Assembly: GCF_044324785.1 (NCBI RefSeq)
Contig: NZ_CP172127.1
Source: Escherichia coli
GTDB taxonomy: Bacteria > Pseudomonadota > Gammaproteobacteria > Enterobacterales > Enterobacteriaceae
DNA length: 64,000 nucleotides
Reading direction: 5' to 3' (one strand)
Made by a program: the position numbers and the translations under genes
Notes under the pieces: generated by a model
What the model was told of the DNA's origin: nothing
Database searches by the model: none
The model's input: the letters and a program-made list of their open reading frames with translations, nothing else
Shown here: one piece after another, positions 21,218-32,550 of the stretch
Layout: every line of letters starts with the position of its first letter
Position numbering within the stretch: the first letter of the stretch is position 1

Positions 21218-23893
21218 ATGGCTGTTACTAATGTCGCTGAACTTAACGCACTCGTAGAGCGTGTAAAAAAAGCCCAGCGTGAATATGCCAGTTTCACTCA
21301 AGAGCAAGTAGACAAAATCTTCCGCGCCGCCGCTCTGGCTGCTGCAGATGCTCGAATCCCACTCGCGAAAATGGCCGTTGCCGAATCCGGCATGGGTATC
21401 GTCGAAGATAAAGTGATCAAAAACCACTTTGCTTCTGAATATATCTACAACGCCTATAAAGATGAAAAAACCTGTGGTGTTCTGTCTGAAGACGACACTT
21501 TTGGTACCATCACTATCGCTGAACCAATCGGTATTATTTGCGGTATCGTTCCGACCACTAACCCGACTTCAACTGCTATCTTCAAATCGCTGATCAGTCT
21601 GAAGACCCGTAACGCCATTATCTTCTCCCCGCACCCGCGTGCAAAAGATGCCACCAACAAAGCGGCTGATATCGTTCTGCAGGCTGCTATCGCTGCCGGT
21701 GCTCCGAAAGATCTGATCGGCTGGATCGATCAACCTTCTGTTGAACTGTCTAACGCACTGATGCACCACCCAGACATCAACCTGATCCTCGCGACTGGTG
21801 GTCCGGGCATGGTTAAAGCCGCATACAGCTCCGGTAAACCAGCTATCGGTGTAGGCGCGGGTAACACTCCAGTTGTTATTGATGAAACTGCTGATATCAA
21901 ACGTGCAGTTGCATCTGTACTGATGTCCAAAACCTTCGACAACGGCGTAATCTGTGCTTCTGAACAGTCTGTTGTTGTTGTTGACTCTGTTTATGACGCA
22001 GTACGTGAACGTTTCGCAACCCACGGCGGCTATCTGTTGCAGGGTAAAGAGCTGAAAGCTGTTCAGGACGTTATCCTGAAAAACGGTGCGCTGAACGCGG
22101 CTATCGTTGGTCAGCCAGCCTATAAAATTGCTGAACTGGCAGGCTTCTCTGTACCAGAAAACACCAAGATTCTGATCGGTGAAGTGACCGTTGTTGATGA
22201 AAGCGAACCGTTCGCACATGAAAAACTGTCCCCAACTCTGGCAATGTACCGCGCTAAAGATTTCGAAGACGCGGTAGAAAAAGCAGAGAAACTGGTAGCT
22301 ATGGGCGGTATCGGTCATACCTCTTGCCTGTACACTGACCAGGATAACCAACCGGCTCGCGTTTCTTACTTCGGTCAGAAAATGAAAACGGCTCGTATCC
22401 TGATTAACACCCCGGCTTCGCAGGGTGGTATCGGTGACCTGTATAACTTCAAACTCGCACCTTCCCTGACTCTGGGTTGTGGTTCCTGGGGTGGTAACTC
22501 CATCTCTGAAAACGTTGGTCCGAAACACCTGATCAACAAGAAAACCGTTGCTAAGCGAGCTGAAAACATGTTGTGGCACAAACTTCCGAAATCTATCTAC
22601 TTCCGCCGTGGCTCCCTGCCAATCGCGCTGGATGAAGTGATTACTGATGGCCACAAACGTGCGCTCATCGTGACTGACCGCTTCCTGTTCAACAATGGTT
22701 ATGCTGATCAGATCACTTCCGTACTGAAAGCAGCAGGCGTTGAAACTGAAGTCTTCTTCGAAGTAGAAGCTGACCCGACCCTGAGCATCGTTCGTAAAGG
22801 TGCAGAACTGGCAAACTCCTTCAAACCAGACGTGATTATCGCGCTGGGTGGTGGTTCCCCGATGGACGCCGCGAAGATCATGTGGGTCATGTACGAACAT
22901 CCGGAAACTCACTTCGAAGAACTGGCGCTGCGCTTTATGGATATCCGTAAACGTATCTACAAGTTCCCGAAAATGGGCGTGAAAGCGAAAATGATCGCTG
23001 TCACCACCACTTCTGGTACAGGTTCTGAAGTCACTCCGTTTGCGGTTGTAACTGACGACGCTACTGGTCAGAAATATCCGCTGGCAGACTATGCGCTGAC
23101 CCCGGATATGGCGATTGTCGATGCCAACCTGGTTATGGACATGCCGAAGTCCCTGTGTGCTTTCGGTGGTCTGGACGCAGTAACTCACGCCATGGAAGCT
23201 TATGTTTCTGTACTGGCATCTGAGTTCTCTGATGGTCAGGCTCTGCAGGCGCTGAAACTGCTGAAAGAATATCTGCCAGCGTCCTACCACGAAGGATCTA
23301 AAAATCCGGTAGCGCGTGAACGTGTTCACAGTGCAGCAACTATCGCGGGTATCGCGTTTGCGAACGCCTTCCTGGGTGTATGTCACTCAATGGCGCACAA
23401 ACTGGGTTCCCAGTTCCATATTCCGCACGGTCTGGCAAACGCCCTGCTGATTTGTAACGTTATTCGCTACAACGCGAACGACAACCCGACCAAGCAGACT
23501 GCATTCAGCCAGTATGACCGTCCGCAGGCTCGCCGTCGTTATGCTGAAATTGCCGACCACCTGGGTCTGAGCGCACCGGGCGACCGTACTGCTGCTAAGA
23601 TCGAGAAACTGCTGGCATGGCTGGAAACGCTGAAGGCTGAACTGGGTATTCCGAAATCTATCCGTGAAGCTGGCGTTCAGGAAGCAGACTTCCTGGCGAA
23701 TGTGGATAAACTGTCTGAAGATGCATTCGATGACCAGTGCACCGGCGCTAACCCGCGTTACCCACTGATCTCCGAGCTGAAACAGATTCTGCTGGATACC
23801 TACTACGGTCGTGATTATGTAGAAGGTGAAACTGCAGCGAAAAAAGAAGCCGCTCCGGCTAAAGCTGAGAAAAAAGCGAAGAAATCCGCTTAA
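21218..23893 (+). CDS. adhE: Bifunctional aldehyde/alcohol dehydrogenase AdhE
   Basis: 891-aa [38 protein letters not shown]…; long 5' leader; recognised as AdhE. Confidence 0.97.
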
Positions 23894-23917
23894 TCAGTAG
23901 CGCTGTCTGGCAACATA

Positions 23918-23948
23918 AACGGTCCCTTCTGGGGCCGTTTTTTTGTTT
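23918..23948 (+). terminator. Rho-independent terminator after adhE
   Basis: Hairpin AACGGTCCC-ttct-GGGGCCGTT (one G-U pair) followed by TTTTTTGTTTT. Confidence 0.7.
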
Positions 23949-24195
23949 TACCCAAAGCAACTTTCCCATAAACCGACAGCATTTGCCTTCATCATATTTA
24001 CGGCGATGTATAACGCCTACACACAGCGATATTGTACTTTACAGGTCACAAGTCAACGTCACTGTAAAAGCGCTCTGTGAGGGGTATAGCGGCGTTAAAG
24101 AACTGTCGAGAAGGGTATATACACCGGATGAAGTGAGTAAAACGAACTGACAGGATAAAAGTGCCCTGCTCACCCTGTCAGTAAAGAAATTCTTA

Positions 24196-24813
24196 TTAAT
24201 CGTGGCGATGCCTTTCCTGAATAGCCGTTAATGAGCCGACTTCTAACGCTTCTTTATAGTGTTTACGGCATACAGAAACGTAGCGTTCATTACCACCAAT
24301 AACCACCTGCTCACCTTCGTTATAAGGTCTGCCTGCTTGATCAAGACGCAGCACCATGCTTGCTTTGCGGCCACAAAAACAGATGGTTTTTAATTCAACC
24401 AGTTTGTCGGACCATGCCAGTAAGTATTGGCTGCCAATAAATAATTCACCTCGAAAATCGGTACGTAAACCATAACAAAGTACGGGTATATCGAGTTGAT
24501 CGACAACCTCCGATAATTCATATACTTGTTGTCTGGTTAAAAACTGGCATTCATCAACCAGTACGCAATGAATTGCCTGCTGTTCATGTTCCGCACGAAT
24601 CTCATCAAATAATGATGAATTTTGGTTAAATAATTTTGCAGGCGATGACAAACCTATACGCGAACTGACTTTCCCGGCACCAAAGCGATCATCAATTTCT
24701 GCCGTATATACGACAGTGCGCATGCCGCGTTCCTGGTAATTGTATGAAGATTGCAACAATGCTGTAGACTTACCCGCATTCATTGCGGAATAGTAGAAAT
24801 ATAGCTGTGCCAT
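24196..24813 (-). CDS. tdk: Thymidine kinase
   Basis: 205-aa [33 protein letters not shown]… with P-loop; recognised as Tdk. Confidence 0.95.
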
Positions 24814-25416
24814 CAGCCACAGGCCCTCAATGATATGAATTAAAGTTGGCTGGAGTTTATCATAATTCGTCAGTTTTTCAGCTCAACAGTATGCACAGAA
24901 GTGGTATATGCGTTCTCCCTTACGAAGCCTTGCATAATCCTTCTGAGCTATCATTACAACTGCCTCGCTTGTTATAAGCGGGTAAATGACTGCTGGTAAC
25001 TATTCACAATCTTTAACCTGTTGCGCAAGTAATAGCCCTCTGTTGACCTCCAGGAGATAGTGCAATACTAAGTCCCTGCTCTTATTGCGACTGTTCTACT
25101 TTTCATCATTCGCTTAATAGGGAATTCTCGTAAACACGACTAATACAGAAGACTGAAAGGTCGTCAGCCTACGATAATCTCCCCATAAAATGTGACATGA
25201 ATCAGGAAGTTTTAACCTCACGTGCTGCGAAATCATCGGCGCAAATAGGGCTATATGCCGCGTCTTTTCTGGCTAATTTTATGAAAAGATATTTATTGGC
25301 GGCACAAAATAAAGAACAATTTTGAATTCCTTACATTCCTGGCTATTGCACAACTGAATTTAAGGCTCTATTATTACCTCAACAAACCACCCCAATATAA
25401 GTTTGAGATTACTACA

Positions 25417-25830
25417 ATGAGCGAAGCACTTAAAATTCTGAACAACATCCGTACTCTTCGTGCGCAGGCAAGAGAATGTACACTTGAAACGCTGGAAGAA
25501 ATGCTGGAAAAATTAGAAGTTGTTGTTAACGAACGTCGCGAAGAAGAAAGCGCGGCTGCTGCTGAAGTTGAAGAGCGCACTCGTAAACTGCAGCAATATC
25601 GCGAAATGCTGATCGCTGACGGTATTGACCCGAACGAACTGCTGAATAGCCTTGCTGCCGTTAAATCTGGCACCAAAGCTAAACGTGCTCAGCGTCCGGC
25701 AAAATATAGCTACGTTGACGAAAACGGCGAAACTAAAACCTGGACTGGCCAGGGCCGTACTCCAGCTGTAATCAAAAAAGCAATGGATGAGCAAGGTAAA
25801 TCCCTCGACGATTTCCTGATCAAGCAATAA
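25417..25830 (+). CDS. hns: Nucleoid-associated protein H-NS
   Basis: 137-aa [44 protein letters not shown]…; recognised as H-NS. Confidence 0.97.
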
Positions 25831-25854
25831 TCTTCTGTGGATTGCACTTGCTTA

Positions 25855-25881
25855 AAATCCCGCCATCGGCGGGATTTTTTA
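25855..25881 (+). terminator. Rho-independent terminator after hns
   Basis: AAATCCCGCC-atcg-GCGGGATTTTTT. Confidence 0.8.
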
Positions 25882-25917
25882 TTGTCCGGTTTAAGACAAT
25901 TTAATAAGAATAAGCTA

Positions 25918-25950
25918 TAAAAAAACGGCGTCGATTACTCAACGCCGTTT
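25918..25950 (-). terminator. Rho-independent terminator after galU
   Basis: On the minus strand: hairpin AACGGCGTTGAG…TCGACGCCGTT followed by TTTTTTT. Confidence 0.7.
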
Positions 25951-25973
25951 CGTGGATAACACCGATACGGATG

Positions 25974-26882
25974 TTACTTCTTAATGCCCATCTCTTCTTC
26001 AAGCCAGGCTTTAAATTCCGTGCCAAGGGTGTTATGACGAATACCGTATTCAACGAAGGCCTGCATGTAACCTAATTTATTACCGCAGTCATGGCTCTTC
26101 CCTTTCATATGATAGGCTTCAACCGTTTCTTTTTCGATCAGCATATCAATTGCGTCGGTGAGCTGAATTTCATCACCAGCACCCGGAGGTGTTTTTGCCA
26201 GCAACGGCCAAATATCCGCGCTAAGTACGTAACGACCCACAATAGCGAGATTAGACGGCGCAACATCCGCTTTTGGTTTTTCAACCACGCCAACCATAGG
26301 TACGCTTTCACCCGGCGCTAATTCAACGCCTTTGCAATCCACAACGCCATATGCGGTAACATCAGCAACCGGTTCAACCATGATCTGGCTATGACCCGTT
26401 TCATCAAAGCGGCGGATCATCTCTGCCAGGTTATCCTGTGACAAATCGGATTCATATTCATCCAGAATAACGTCAGGCAAAATAACAGCCACAGGTTCAT
26501 CACCCACTACCGGGTGAGCACACAATACCGCGTGTCCCAGGCCTTTCGCCAGCCCCTGACGAACTTGCATAATAGTCACGTGCGGCGGACAAATAGACTG
26601 CACTTCATCAAGCAGTTGACGTTTTACACGTTTTTCCAGCATTGCTTCCAGTTCAAAACTGGTATCAAAGTGGTTTTCAATAGAGTTTTTAGATGAGTGA
26701 GTAACCAGCACAATTTCAGTAATGCCAGCCGCAATACATTCATTCACGACGTATTGAATTAATGGCTTATCGACAAGTGGCAGCATCTCTTTCGGGATGG
26801 CTTTCGTCGCCGGCAACATCCTGGTTCCTAATCCCGCAACGGGGATAACGGCTTTTTTGACTTTCGTATTAATGGCAGCCAT
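25974..26882 (-). CDS. galU: UTP--glucose-1-phosphate uridylyltransferase
   Basis: 302-aa [38 protein letters not shown]…; recognised as GalU. Confidence 0.95.
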
Positions 26883-27083
26883 TTAAATTCTCCTGGACTG
26901 TTCGTGTTTTGAACGTGTTCATATTTCTGTATCGCATCCCAGTATATCAGCACCCCGAAGGGGCTAAGTTCTGAAAAGGATGCGAGTTAGCATAATTAAG
27001 ACAATTACTTATACGAATGGCGACGATAGTACCACCAGCCGACATTAGCTGGTAATGCAAATTTAGCCCGCGTTATCGTTTGC

Positions 27084-28097
27084 TCATTCTGCAGACAACA
27101 TCAAGCGCAGCCGACCACCGGTTCCCCATATTTGGCATTGCCAGGCATCGCATCGCTGGCTCAATTGATTCAAATAAGCGTTACCTAAAGTGCCTAACGG
27201 AACACCATTACTGATTTGCACCTGGTGTTCGCCGGTATTTAACGTCGCATTCAGCCCCGCAGAAACCAGAATGAGATTTTTCAGTTCGCGATGATAATAG
27301 CCAACTAATAGCGGAAACTGCCCCGGCAGATTGGCCTGACGGAGTAAATGGTTTACCTGCTTCAATAACGCGCCCAACTCTGGCAACCGTTGATTTTGGT
27401 GTGCAAGCTGTTCCTGTAATAATCCGTTAAACAATGCGCGTAATAACAAGGCAGCAAGTACGCCATTATGTCCAGCTCGGGTGACATCAAGGCAATAAAA
27501 TGCCAGATCGTTTTCCGAAAGTGCGGCAATATCAAGCACCAGGCCGGGTTTGTCCGCGGCAACCAATTGACGATAATTAACCCGGCAATGGGAAATCACC
27601 TGCTGAACCGGCGGTTGCAATTCCTGTAATAATTTCGCCGCTGCGGCAGGGTTATCAACCATTGCATCCCAGTCGCGAAAAAGCCTCTCCTCTTCCTCAA
27701 CGCGGGAATTAAACATGCTGGGATAGAGACAGGCAAAAACCATCTCGCGCAAGCGATTCAGATCTTTAACTGGTTTCAGCAAAACATCTTCAACGCCCAG
27801 ACGTAACGCTTTGGCAATATCTGCCATATTTTCAGTGGCAGATATCACCAGAACCGGTGTCTGGTCACCTCTGTTACGTATATGCTCCAGCAATTTAAGC
27901 CCGTTCATTCGTGGCATCGCGATATCACATATCATCAGGTCTGGAGTGAAACCTCCCAGCAACTCAAGGGCATCCACCCCATCAGCCGCCAGTACCGTTG
28001 TCGCTCCCAATGAGGAAAACCACGAATCCAGAAGCGAGCGAAATACCTGCTCATCTTCAACAATGAGAATCTGTTTTCCGACCAATGGCTGCGTCAT
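27084..28097 (-). CDS. rssB: Response regulator RssB (RpoS proteolysis adaptor)
   Basis: 337 aa; receiver domain MTQPLVGKQILIVEDEQVFR… with phospho-acceptor Asp context; recognised as RssB/Hnr. Confidence 0.95.
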   Translation of the reverse strand: MTQPLVGKQILIVEDEQVFRSLLDSWFSSLGATTVLAADGVDALELLGGFTPDLMICDIAMPRMNGLKLLEHIRNRGDQTPVLVISATENMADIAKALRLGVEDVLLKPVKDLNRLREMVFACLYPSMFNSRVEEEERLFRDWDAMVDNPAAAAKLLQELQPPVQQVISHCRVNYRQLVAADKPGLVLDIAALSENDLAFYCLDVTRAGHNGVLAALLLRALFNGLLQEQLAHQNQRLPELGALLKQVNHLLRQANLPGQFPLLVGYYHRELKNLILVSAGLNATLNTGEHQVQISNGVPLGTLGNAYLNQLSQRCDAWQCQIWGTGGRLRLMLSAE

Positions 28098-28188
28098 GTT
28101 CTCTCCCCTGACTGGCTTTACTCAATAGTGGCATGCTATTGCCACCTGCGCCTGTCAGAATTAACTTAAGTGTAGATAAAAATTCTGG

Positions 28189-29094
28189 TCAAATGTTGGT
28201 GCGTACCAACGGCAAAAGTTCGTCCATTTTCTTTTCCACTGCCAGCTGCCCAGCCGCAATGGCAGCGTGCGCGCGATGGAAATCAAGCGTAGATATTTGC
28301 GGGCAAACAGGTTGAATCAGAATATCGGGCGGATCACCTGCCATGCGGTTCCTTTTAAGGCGGTTCTCCAGCACCTGGATAGAAGTGGTCATAATCTCTG
28401 TTGCCGTTGGCGCTGTCACCGCCCGACGTGTCGTTATGCTGCCCAACCTTTCTTTCAGACGCGCATGCCACGGCAGAGAATCACCATTCTCGCTATTTTC
28501 TTCACTGACATTAAAGGAGAGCAGATCTTGTTGCATCAAATGAGCATCGTGCTGCAGGTCGACCGCTATCACAATATCAGCACCCAATGCACGCGTGAGC
28601 GAAATAGGAATTGGGTTAACTACAGCGCCATCAACCAGCCAATAGCCGTTATGCGCAACGGGTGCCATTAGTCCTGGAATACTGCATGATGCACGAATAG
28701 CAAGATGGAGATCGCCTTCAGTAAACCATAATTCGCGCCCAGTACTTAAATTGGTGGCAACAGCCGCGAAGCGACGGGAACAATTTTCGATCTCTGTTTC
28801 CGGCATTATTTCGCGATATTGATTGAAGACACGCTCGCCGCGCAGTAACCCACCGCGCTGCCAGGAGAGATCCATCAGGCGTAAAACATCCCAATAACTG
28901 AAAGAGGTTACCCAATCTTCCAGCGCAGATAATCGATCGCATGCATAGGCAGCGCCCACCAGCGAACCAATTGAACATCCTGCAACGATATCAATTTCAA
29001 TACCCACTTTTTTTAGCGCATTAATAACGCCAATATGCGACCAACCTCTCGCCGCGCCAGATCCCAGCGCCAGCCCTATTTTTATCTTTCTCAT
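28189..29094 (-). CDS. rssA: Patatin-like phospholipase RssA
   Basis: 301 aa; GSGAARG oxyanion motif and GCSIGS lipase serine motif. Confidence 0.9.
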   Translation of the reverse strand: MRKIKIGLALGSGAARGWSHIGVINALKKVGIEIDIVAGCSIGSLVGAAYACDRLSALEDWVTSFSYWDVLRLMDLSWQRGGLLRGERVFNQYREIMPETEIENCSRRFAAVATNLSTGRELWFTEGDLHLAIRASCSIPGLMAPVAHNGYWLVDGAVVNPIPISLTRALGADIVIAVDLQHDAHLMQQDLLSFNVSEENSENGDSLPWHARLKERLGSITTRRAVTAPTATEIMTTSIQVLENRLKRNRMAGDPPDILIQPVCPQISTLDFHRAHAAIAAGQLAVEKKMDELLPLVRTNI

Positions 29095-29206
29095 TATTCC
29101 CGCAAGATTCCCCTGGAATGCAATCGTAGCAACATCGCTACTGCTCGGTTAACATAGTGCTACTCAGGCGGTTAATACGCCGTTATTGTTTCCAGGGAGA
29201 TTATTT

Positions 29207-29665
29207 GTGTCTCAGCTTTGTCCCTGTGGTAGTGCTGTCGAGTATAGCCTATGTTGCCACCCTTATGTGTCTGGTGAAAAGGTTGCACCTGATCCAGAAC
29301 ATCTCATGCGTTCGCGTTACTGCGCTTTTGTGATGCAAGACGCAGATTATTTAATAAAGACCTGGCATCCATCTTGTGGAGCGGCGGCGTTACGTGCCGA
29401 ATTGATTGCCGGATTTGCGCATACTGAATGGTTGGGATTGACCGTATTTGAACATTGTTGGCAGGACGGCGACAATATCGGTTTTGTCAGTTTTGTTGCG
29501 CGATTTACCGAAGGTGGCAAAACAGGTGCAATCATTGAACGTTCGCGATTTTTGAAAGAAAACGGTCAATGGTACTATATTGACGGTACACGTCCGCAGT
29601 TTGGCCGCAACGATCCCTGCCCTTGTGGTTCAGGTAAAAAATTTAAAAAGTGCTGCGGCCAATAA
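29207..29665 (+). CDS. ychJ: SEC-C-motif protein YchJ (UPF0225)
   Basis: Start placed at GTG 29207 ([13 protein letters not shown]…); CPCGS motifs at both termini; 152 aa. Confidence 0.85.
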   Translation: MSQLCPCGSAVEYSLCCHPYVSGEKVAPDPEHLMRSRYCAFVMQDADYLIKTWHPSCGAAALRAELIAGFAHTEWLGLTVFEHCWQDGDNIGFVSFVARFTEGGKTGAIIERSRFLKENGQWYYIDGTRPQFGRNDPCPCGSGKKFKKCCGQ

Positions 29666-29714
29666 TGGTTGACGGTACGGTTTAGCAAACACTCTCAACA
29701 AGGTTTTTCCAGCA

Positions 29715-30557
29715 ATGCAATCACTCCAACGTAAAGTTCTGCGTACTATTTGTCCGGACCAAAAAGGTCTGATCGCACGTATTACCAATATTTGCTACAA
29801 GCACGAGTTAAATATCGTACAGAACAATGAATTTGTTGATCACCGTACCGGGCGCTTTTTTATGCGCACGGAACTGGAAGGAATTTTTAATGATTCCACC
29901 CTGCTGGCGGATCTCGACAGCGCATTGCCAGAAGGCTCCGTACGTGAGCTGAATCCTGCTGGTCGTCGCCGGATAGTGATTCTGGTCACTAAAGAGGCGC
30001 ATTGCCTTGGCGATTTGTTGATGAAAGCCAATTACGGCGGCCTGGATGTCGAAATCGCGGCAGTTATTGGTAACCACGATACTTTACGTTCTCTGGTTGA
30101 GCGTTTTGATATTCCGTTTGAGCTGGTAAGTCATGAAGGATTAAGCCGCAACGAGCACGATCAAAAGATGGCGGATGCCATTGATGCTTATCAGCCTGAC
30201 TACGTGGTGCTGGCGAAGTATATGCGGGTATTAACGCCAGAATTTGTGGCACGCTTCCCGAATAAGATCATCAATATTCACCATTCATTCCTGCCAGCGT
30301 TTATCGGCGCACGTCCTTATCACCAGGCCTATGAACGTGGCGTGAAGATTATTGGCGCAACCGCTCACTATGTGAATGACAATCTGGACGAAGGTCCAAT
30401 CATCATGCAGGACGTTATTCATGTCGATCATACCTACACAGCTGAAGATATGATGCGCGCAGGTCGTGACGTCGAGAAAAACGTCTTAAGTCGCGCACTC
30501 TACAAAGTACTGGCGCAGCGCGTCTTTGTTTACGGTAATCGGACGATTATTCTTTAA
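29715..30557 (+). CDS. purU: Formyltetrahydrofolate deformylase
   Basis: 280-aa ORF with N-terminal ACT domain and formyltransferase core; recognised as PurU. Confidence 0.95.
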   Translation: MQSLQRKVLRTICPDQKGLIARITNICYKHELNIVQNNEFVDHRTGRFFMRTELEGIFNDSTLLADLDSALPEGSVRELNPAGRRRIVILVTKEAHCLGDLLMKANYGGLDVEIAAVIGNHDTLRSLVERFDIPFELVSHEGLSRNEHDQKMADAIDAYQPDYVVLAKYMRVLTPEFVARFPNKIINIHHSFLPAFIGARPYHQAYERGVKIIGATAHYVNDNLDEGPIIMQDVIHVDHTYTAEDMMRAGRDVEKNVLSRALYKVLAQRVFVYGNRTIIL

Positions 30558-30716
30558 TCGCCAGCAAAAATAACTGGTTACCTTTAATCCGTTACGGATG
30601 AAAATTACGCAACCAGTTCATTTTTCTCAACGTAACACTTTACAGCGGCGCGTCATTTGATATGATGCGCCCCGCTTCCCGATGAGGGAGCAGGCCAGTA
30701 AAAAGCATTACCCCGT

Positions 30717-30801
<85 letters not shown>

Positions 30802-30856
30802 TCACTTTCAAAAGTCCGTGAACTCTCAAACGAATCCGCGATTAAATATTCTGCCC

Positions 30857-30943
30857 ATGCGGGGAAGGATGGGAAGCTTCGACCAAGGTGCGACTCGAGC
30901 GCCAGCGAGAAAGCGTTGCCGCAGGCAACGACCCGAAGGGTGA
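30857..30943 (+). CDS. tpr: Protamine-like small basic protein Tpr (29 aa), inside the tyrT 3' repeat unit
   Basis: ATG 30857 to TGA 30941 gives [28 protein letters not shown]; matches the tpr ORF of the tyrT operon as recalled; whether it is translated is uncertain. Confidence 0.45.
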   Translation: MRGRMGSFDQGATRAPARKRCRRQRPEG

Positions 30944-30960
30944 AGCGCGCAGCGCTGAGT

Positions 30961-30985
30961 AATCCTTCCCCCACCACCATCACTT
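30961..30985 (+). repeat. Direct repeat of the tRNA-Tyr 3' end (25 bp, period 178 bp)
   Basis: AATCCTTCCCCCACCACCATCACTT occurs at 30783..30807 and again at 30961..30985, exactly 178 bp apart. Confidence 0.8.
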
Positions 30986-31065
30986 CCTGTAAATACTCAA
31001 AACCAGTTACTCCGAGCTAATTCTGCCCAATGGCACCGCGTTTACCGGACCTACAATATCCATCC

Positions 31066-31098
31066 CTGTAGGTCGGATAAGCGAAGCGCATCCGACAA
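31066..31098. repeat. REP-like palindromic unit
   Basis: TGTAGGTCGGATAAGCGAAGCGCATCCGACAA with GTCGGAT/ATCCGAC arms, resembling REP consensus. Confidence 0.45.
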
Positions 31099-31117
31099 CT
31101 CACCCCGTACCGTGCCC

Positions 31118-31142
31118 ATAAAAAACCCCGCCGAAGCGGGGT
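31118..31142 (-). terminator. Rho-independent terminator after narI (end of narGHJI)
   Basis: On the minus strand: CCCCGCTTCGGCGGGG followed by TTTTTTA. Confidence 0.75.
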
Positions 31143-31162
31143 CTATGCAAACTAAAATTCGC

Positions 31163-31840
31163 TTAGTGACGAGCGCGCACCAGCTGATACTTACGTGTCA
31201 GATACTCCACCGGTACGCTCCAGATGTGCACCAGACGTGAGAACGGGAACAGCAAGAATAACGTCATCCCCAGCACCAGGTGCAGACGGAAGATAAACGC
31301 CACGCCATCAAGATGTTGAGAAGCGCCACCGTGGAAGGTCACCACCGACTGCGCCCAGCCAACCAGTTTCATCATCTCGCTACCGTCCATATGCTGGGCG
31401 GAGAACGGAATGGTCAGCAAGCCCAGAGCGCATTGGATAACCAGCAGAGACAGGATCAGGATATCCGCTCCGGTAGTCGTTGCACGCACGCGTGGGCTGA
31501 ACAGACGACGTTTCAGCAACAGCACGCCGCCAATCAGACACAGCACGCCGCTGGCACCACCAGCAAACATCGCCATTTTCTGTTTCACTTCAATCGGCAG
31601 CCAGGCTTCATACATCCAGTGCGGCGTCAGCATACCGAAGAAGTGACCGACAAAAATCCCCAGAATACCGATATGGAACAGGTTCGACGCCAGGTTCATC
31701 CCTTTGCGATCCAGCATCTGGCTGGACGCCGCGCGCCAGGTGTACTGCCCGTAGTCATAACGTAGCCAGCTACCAATCAGGAAGACCGCCCCGGCTATGT
31801 ACGGGTAGATATCAAAGAAGAACATATTCAGGAATTGCAT
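31163..31840 (-). CDS. narI: Respiratory nitrate reductase 1 gamma subunit
   Basis: 225-aa multi-TM haem-b subunit; recognised as NarI. Confidence 0.95.
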   Translation of the reverse strand: MQFLNMFFFDIYPYIAGAVFLIGSWLRYDYGQYTWRAASSQMLDRKGMNLASNLFHIGILGIFVGHFFGMLTPHWMYEAWLPIEVKQKMAMFAGGASGVLCLIGGVLLLKRRLFSPRVRATTTGADILILSLLVIQCALGLLTIPFSAQHMDGSEMMKLVGWAQSVVTFHGGASQHLDGVAFIFRLHLVLGMTLFLLFPFSRLVHIWSVPVEYLTRKYQLVRARH

Positions 31841-32550
31841 TAGTGCTGTCCTCCGGTGGTGATATTCAGATATTGCGGCGCGACGGCACCGGCAAAGCGA
31901 CGTTGATGGGCAGTGATGGCTGAATCACCGCAGCCTTTGTCAGCAAAGAATTTAACCTGCTCTTCTTCCCAGACGGCATCCAGCGCCTGCGGCGTATCGT
32001 CGCGCGCTTCGTCGGCAATTTTTTCCGCCACTTTGTCGCTGTCGATTGCGGTATTCGCCAGTTTCAGCAGCAGATCAAACAGCACGGCATAACGGCTTTC
32101 ACGCTGTTGCAGACGCGCGCAGAGCAATGCCAGAATCGGCGCGATATCTTTCAAACCTTCCACGGCTTCGCTTTGCGGCAGCTGCGCCAGATACTCCAGG
32201 TACAGCGGCAGATGGTCCGGCAATTCGCGGCTGTTTAACTGCAAACCGCGCTGCTCGTACTGTGCCAGCAGGTCCACCATCGCCTGACCGCGATCGCGGG
32301 ATTCCCCGTGAACGTGTTCAAACAGCAACAGCGACGTTGCGCGACCACGATCGAACAGTTCGCTGTACTGGGCCTGGGCATCGAGCGGATCCAGCGCCGT
32401 TAAATCGCGCAGGAAAATGCCCAGCGCATGGGCATCTTCTTTCGACAAATTTTCCGACGCGGCAATCGCCTCGAACATCTCCTGTTGATGCTGCCATAAG
32501 GCAGCATCCGGATATTCAAGGAGACGCGATACAATCACGAGTTCGATCAT
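31840..32550 (-). CDS. narJ: Nitrate reductase 1 assembly chaperone
   Basis: 236 aa; position between narH and narI; recognised as NarJ. Confidence 0.95.
   Translation of the reverse strand: MIELVIVSRLLEYPDAALWQHQQEMFEAIAASENLSKEDAHALGIFLRDLTALDPLDAQAQYSELFDRGRATSLLLFEHVHGESRDRGQAMVDLLAQYEQRGLQLNSRELPDHLPLYLEYLAQLPQSEAVEGLKDIAPILALLCARLQQRESRYAVLFDLLLKLANTAIDSDKVAEKIADEARDDTPQALDAVWEEEQVKFFADKGCGDSAITAHQRRFAGAVAPQYLNITTGGQH

Noticed and set aside
21569-23386. 605-aa ORF on the minus strand inside adhE
   Set aside because: Lies wholly antisense to a highly expressed, well-recognised gene; low-complexity Arg/Phe/Val-rich translation typical of a shadow ORF; no RBS or promoter context
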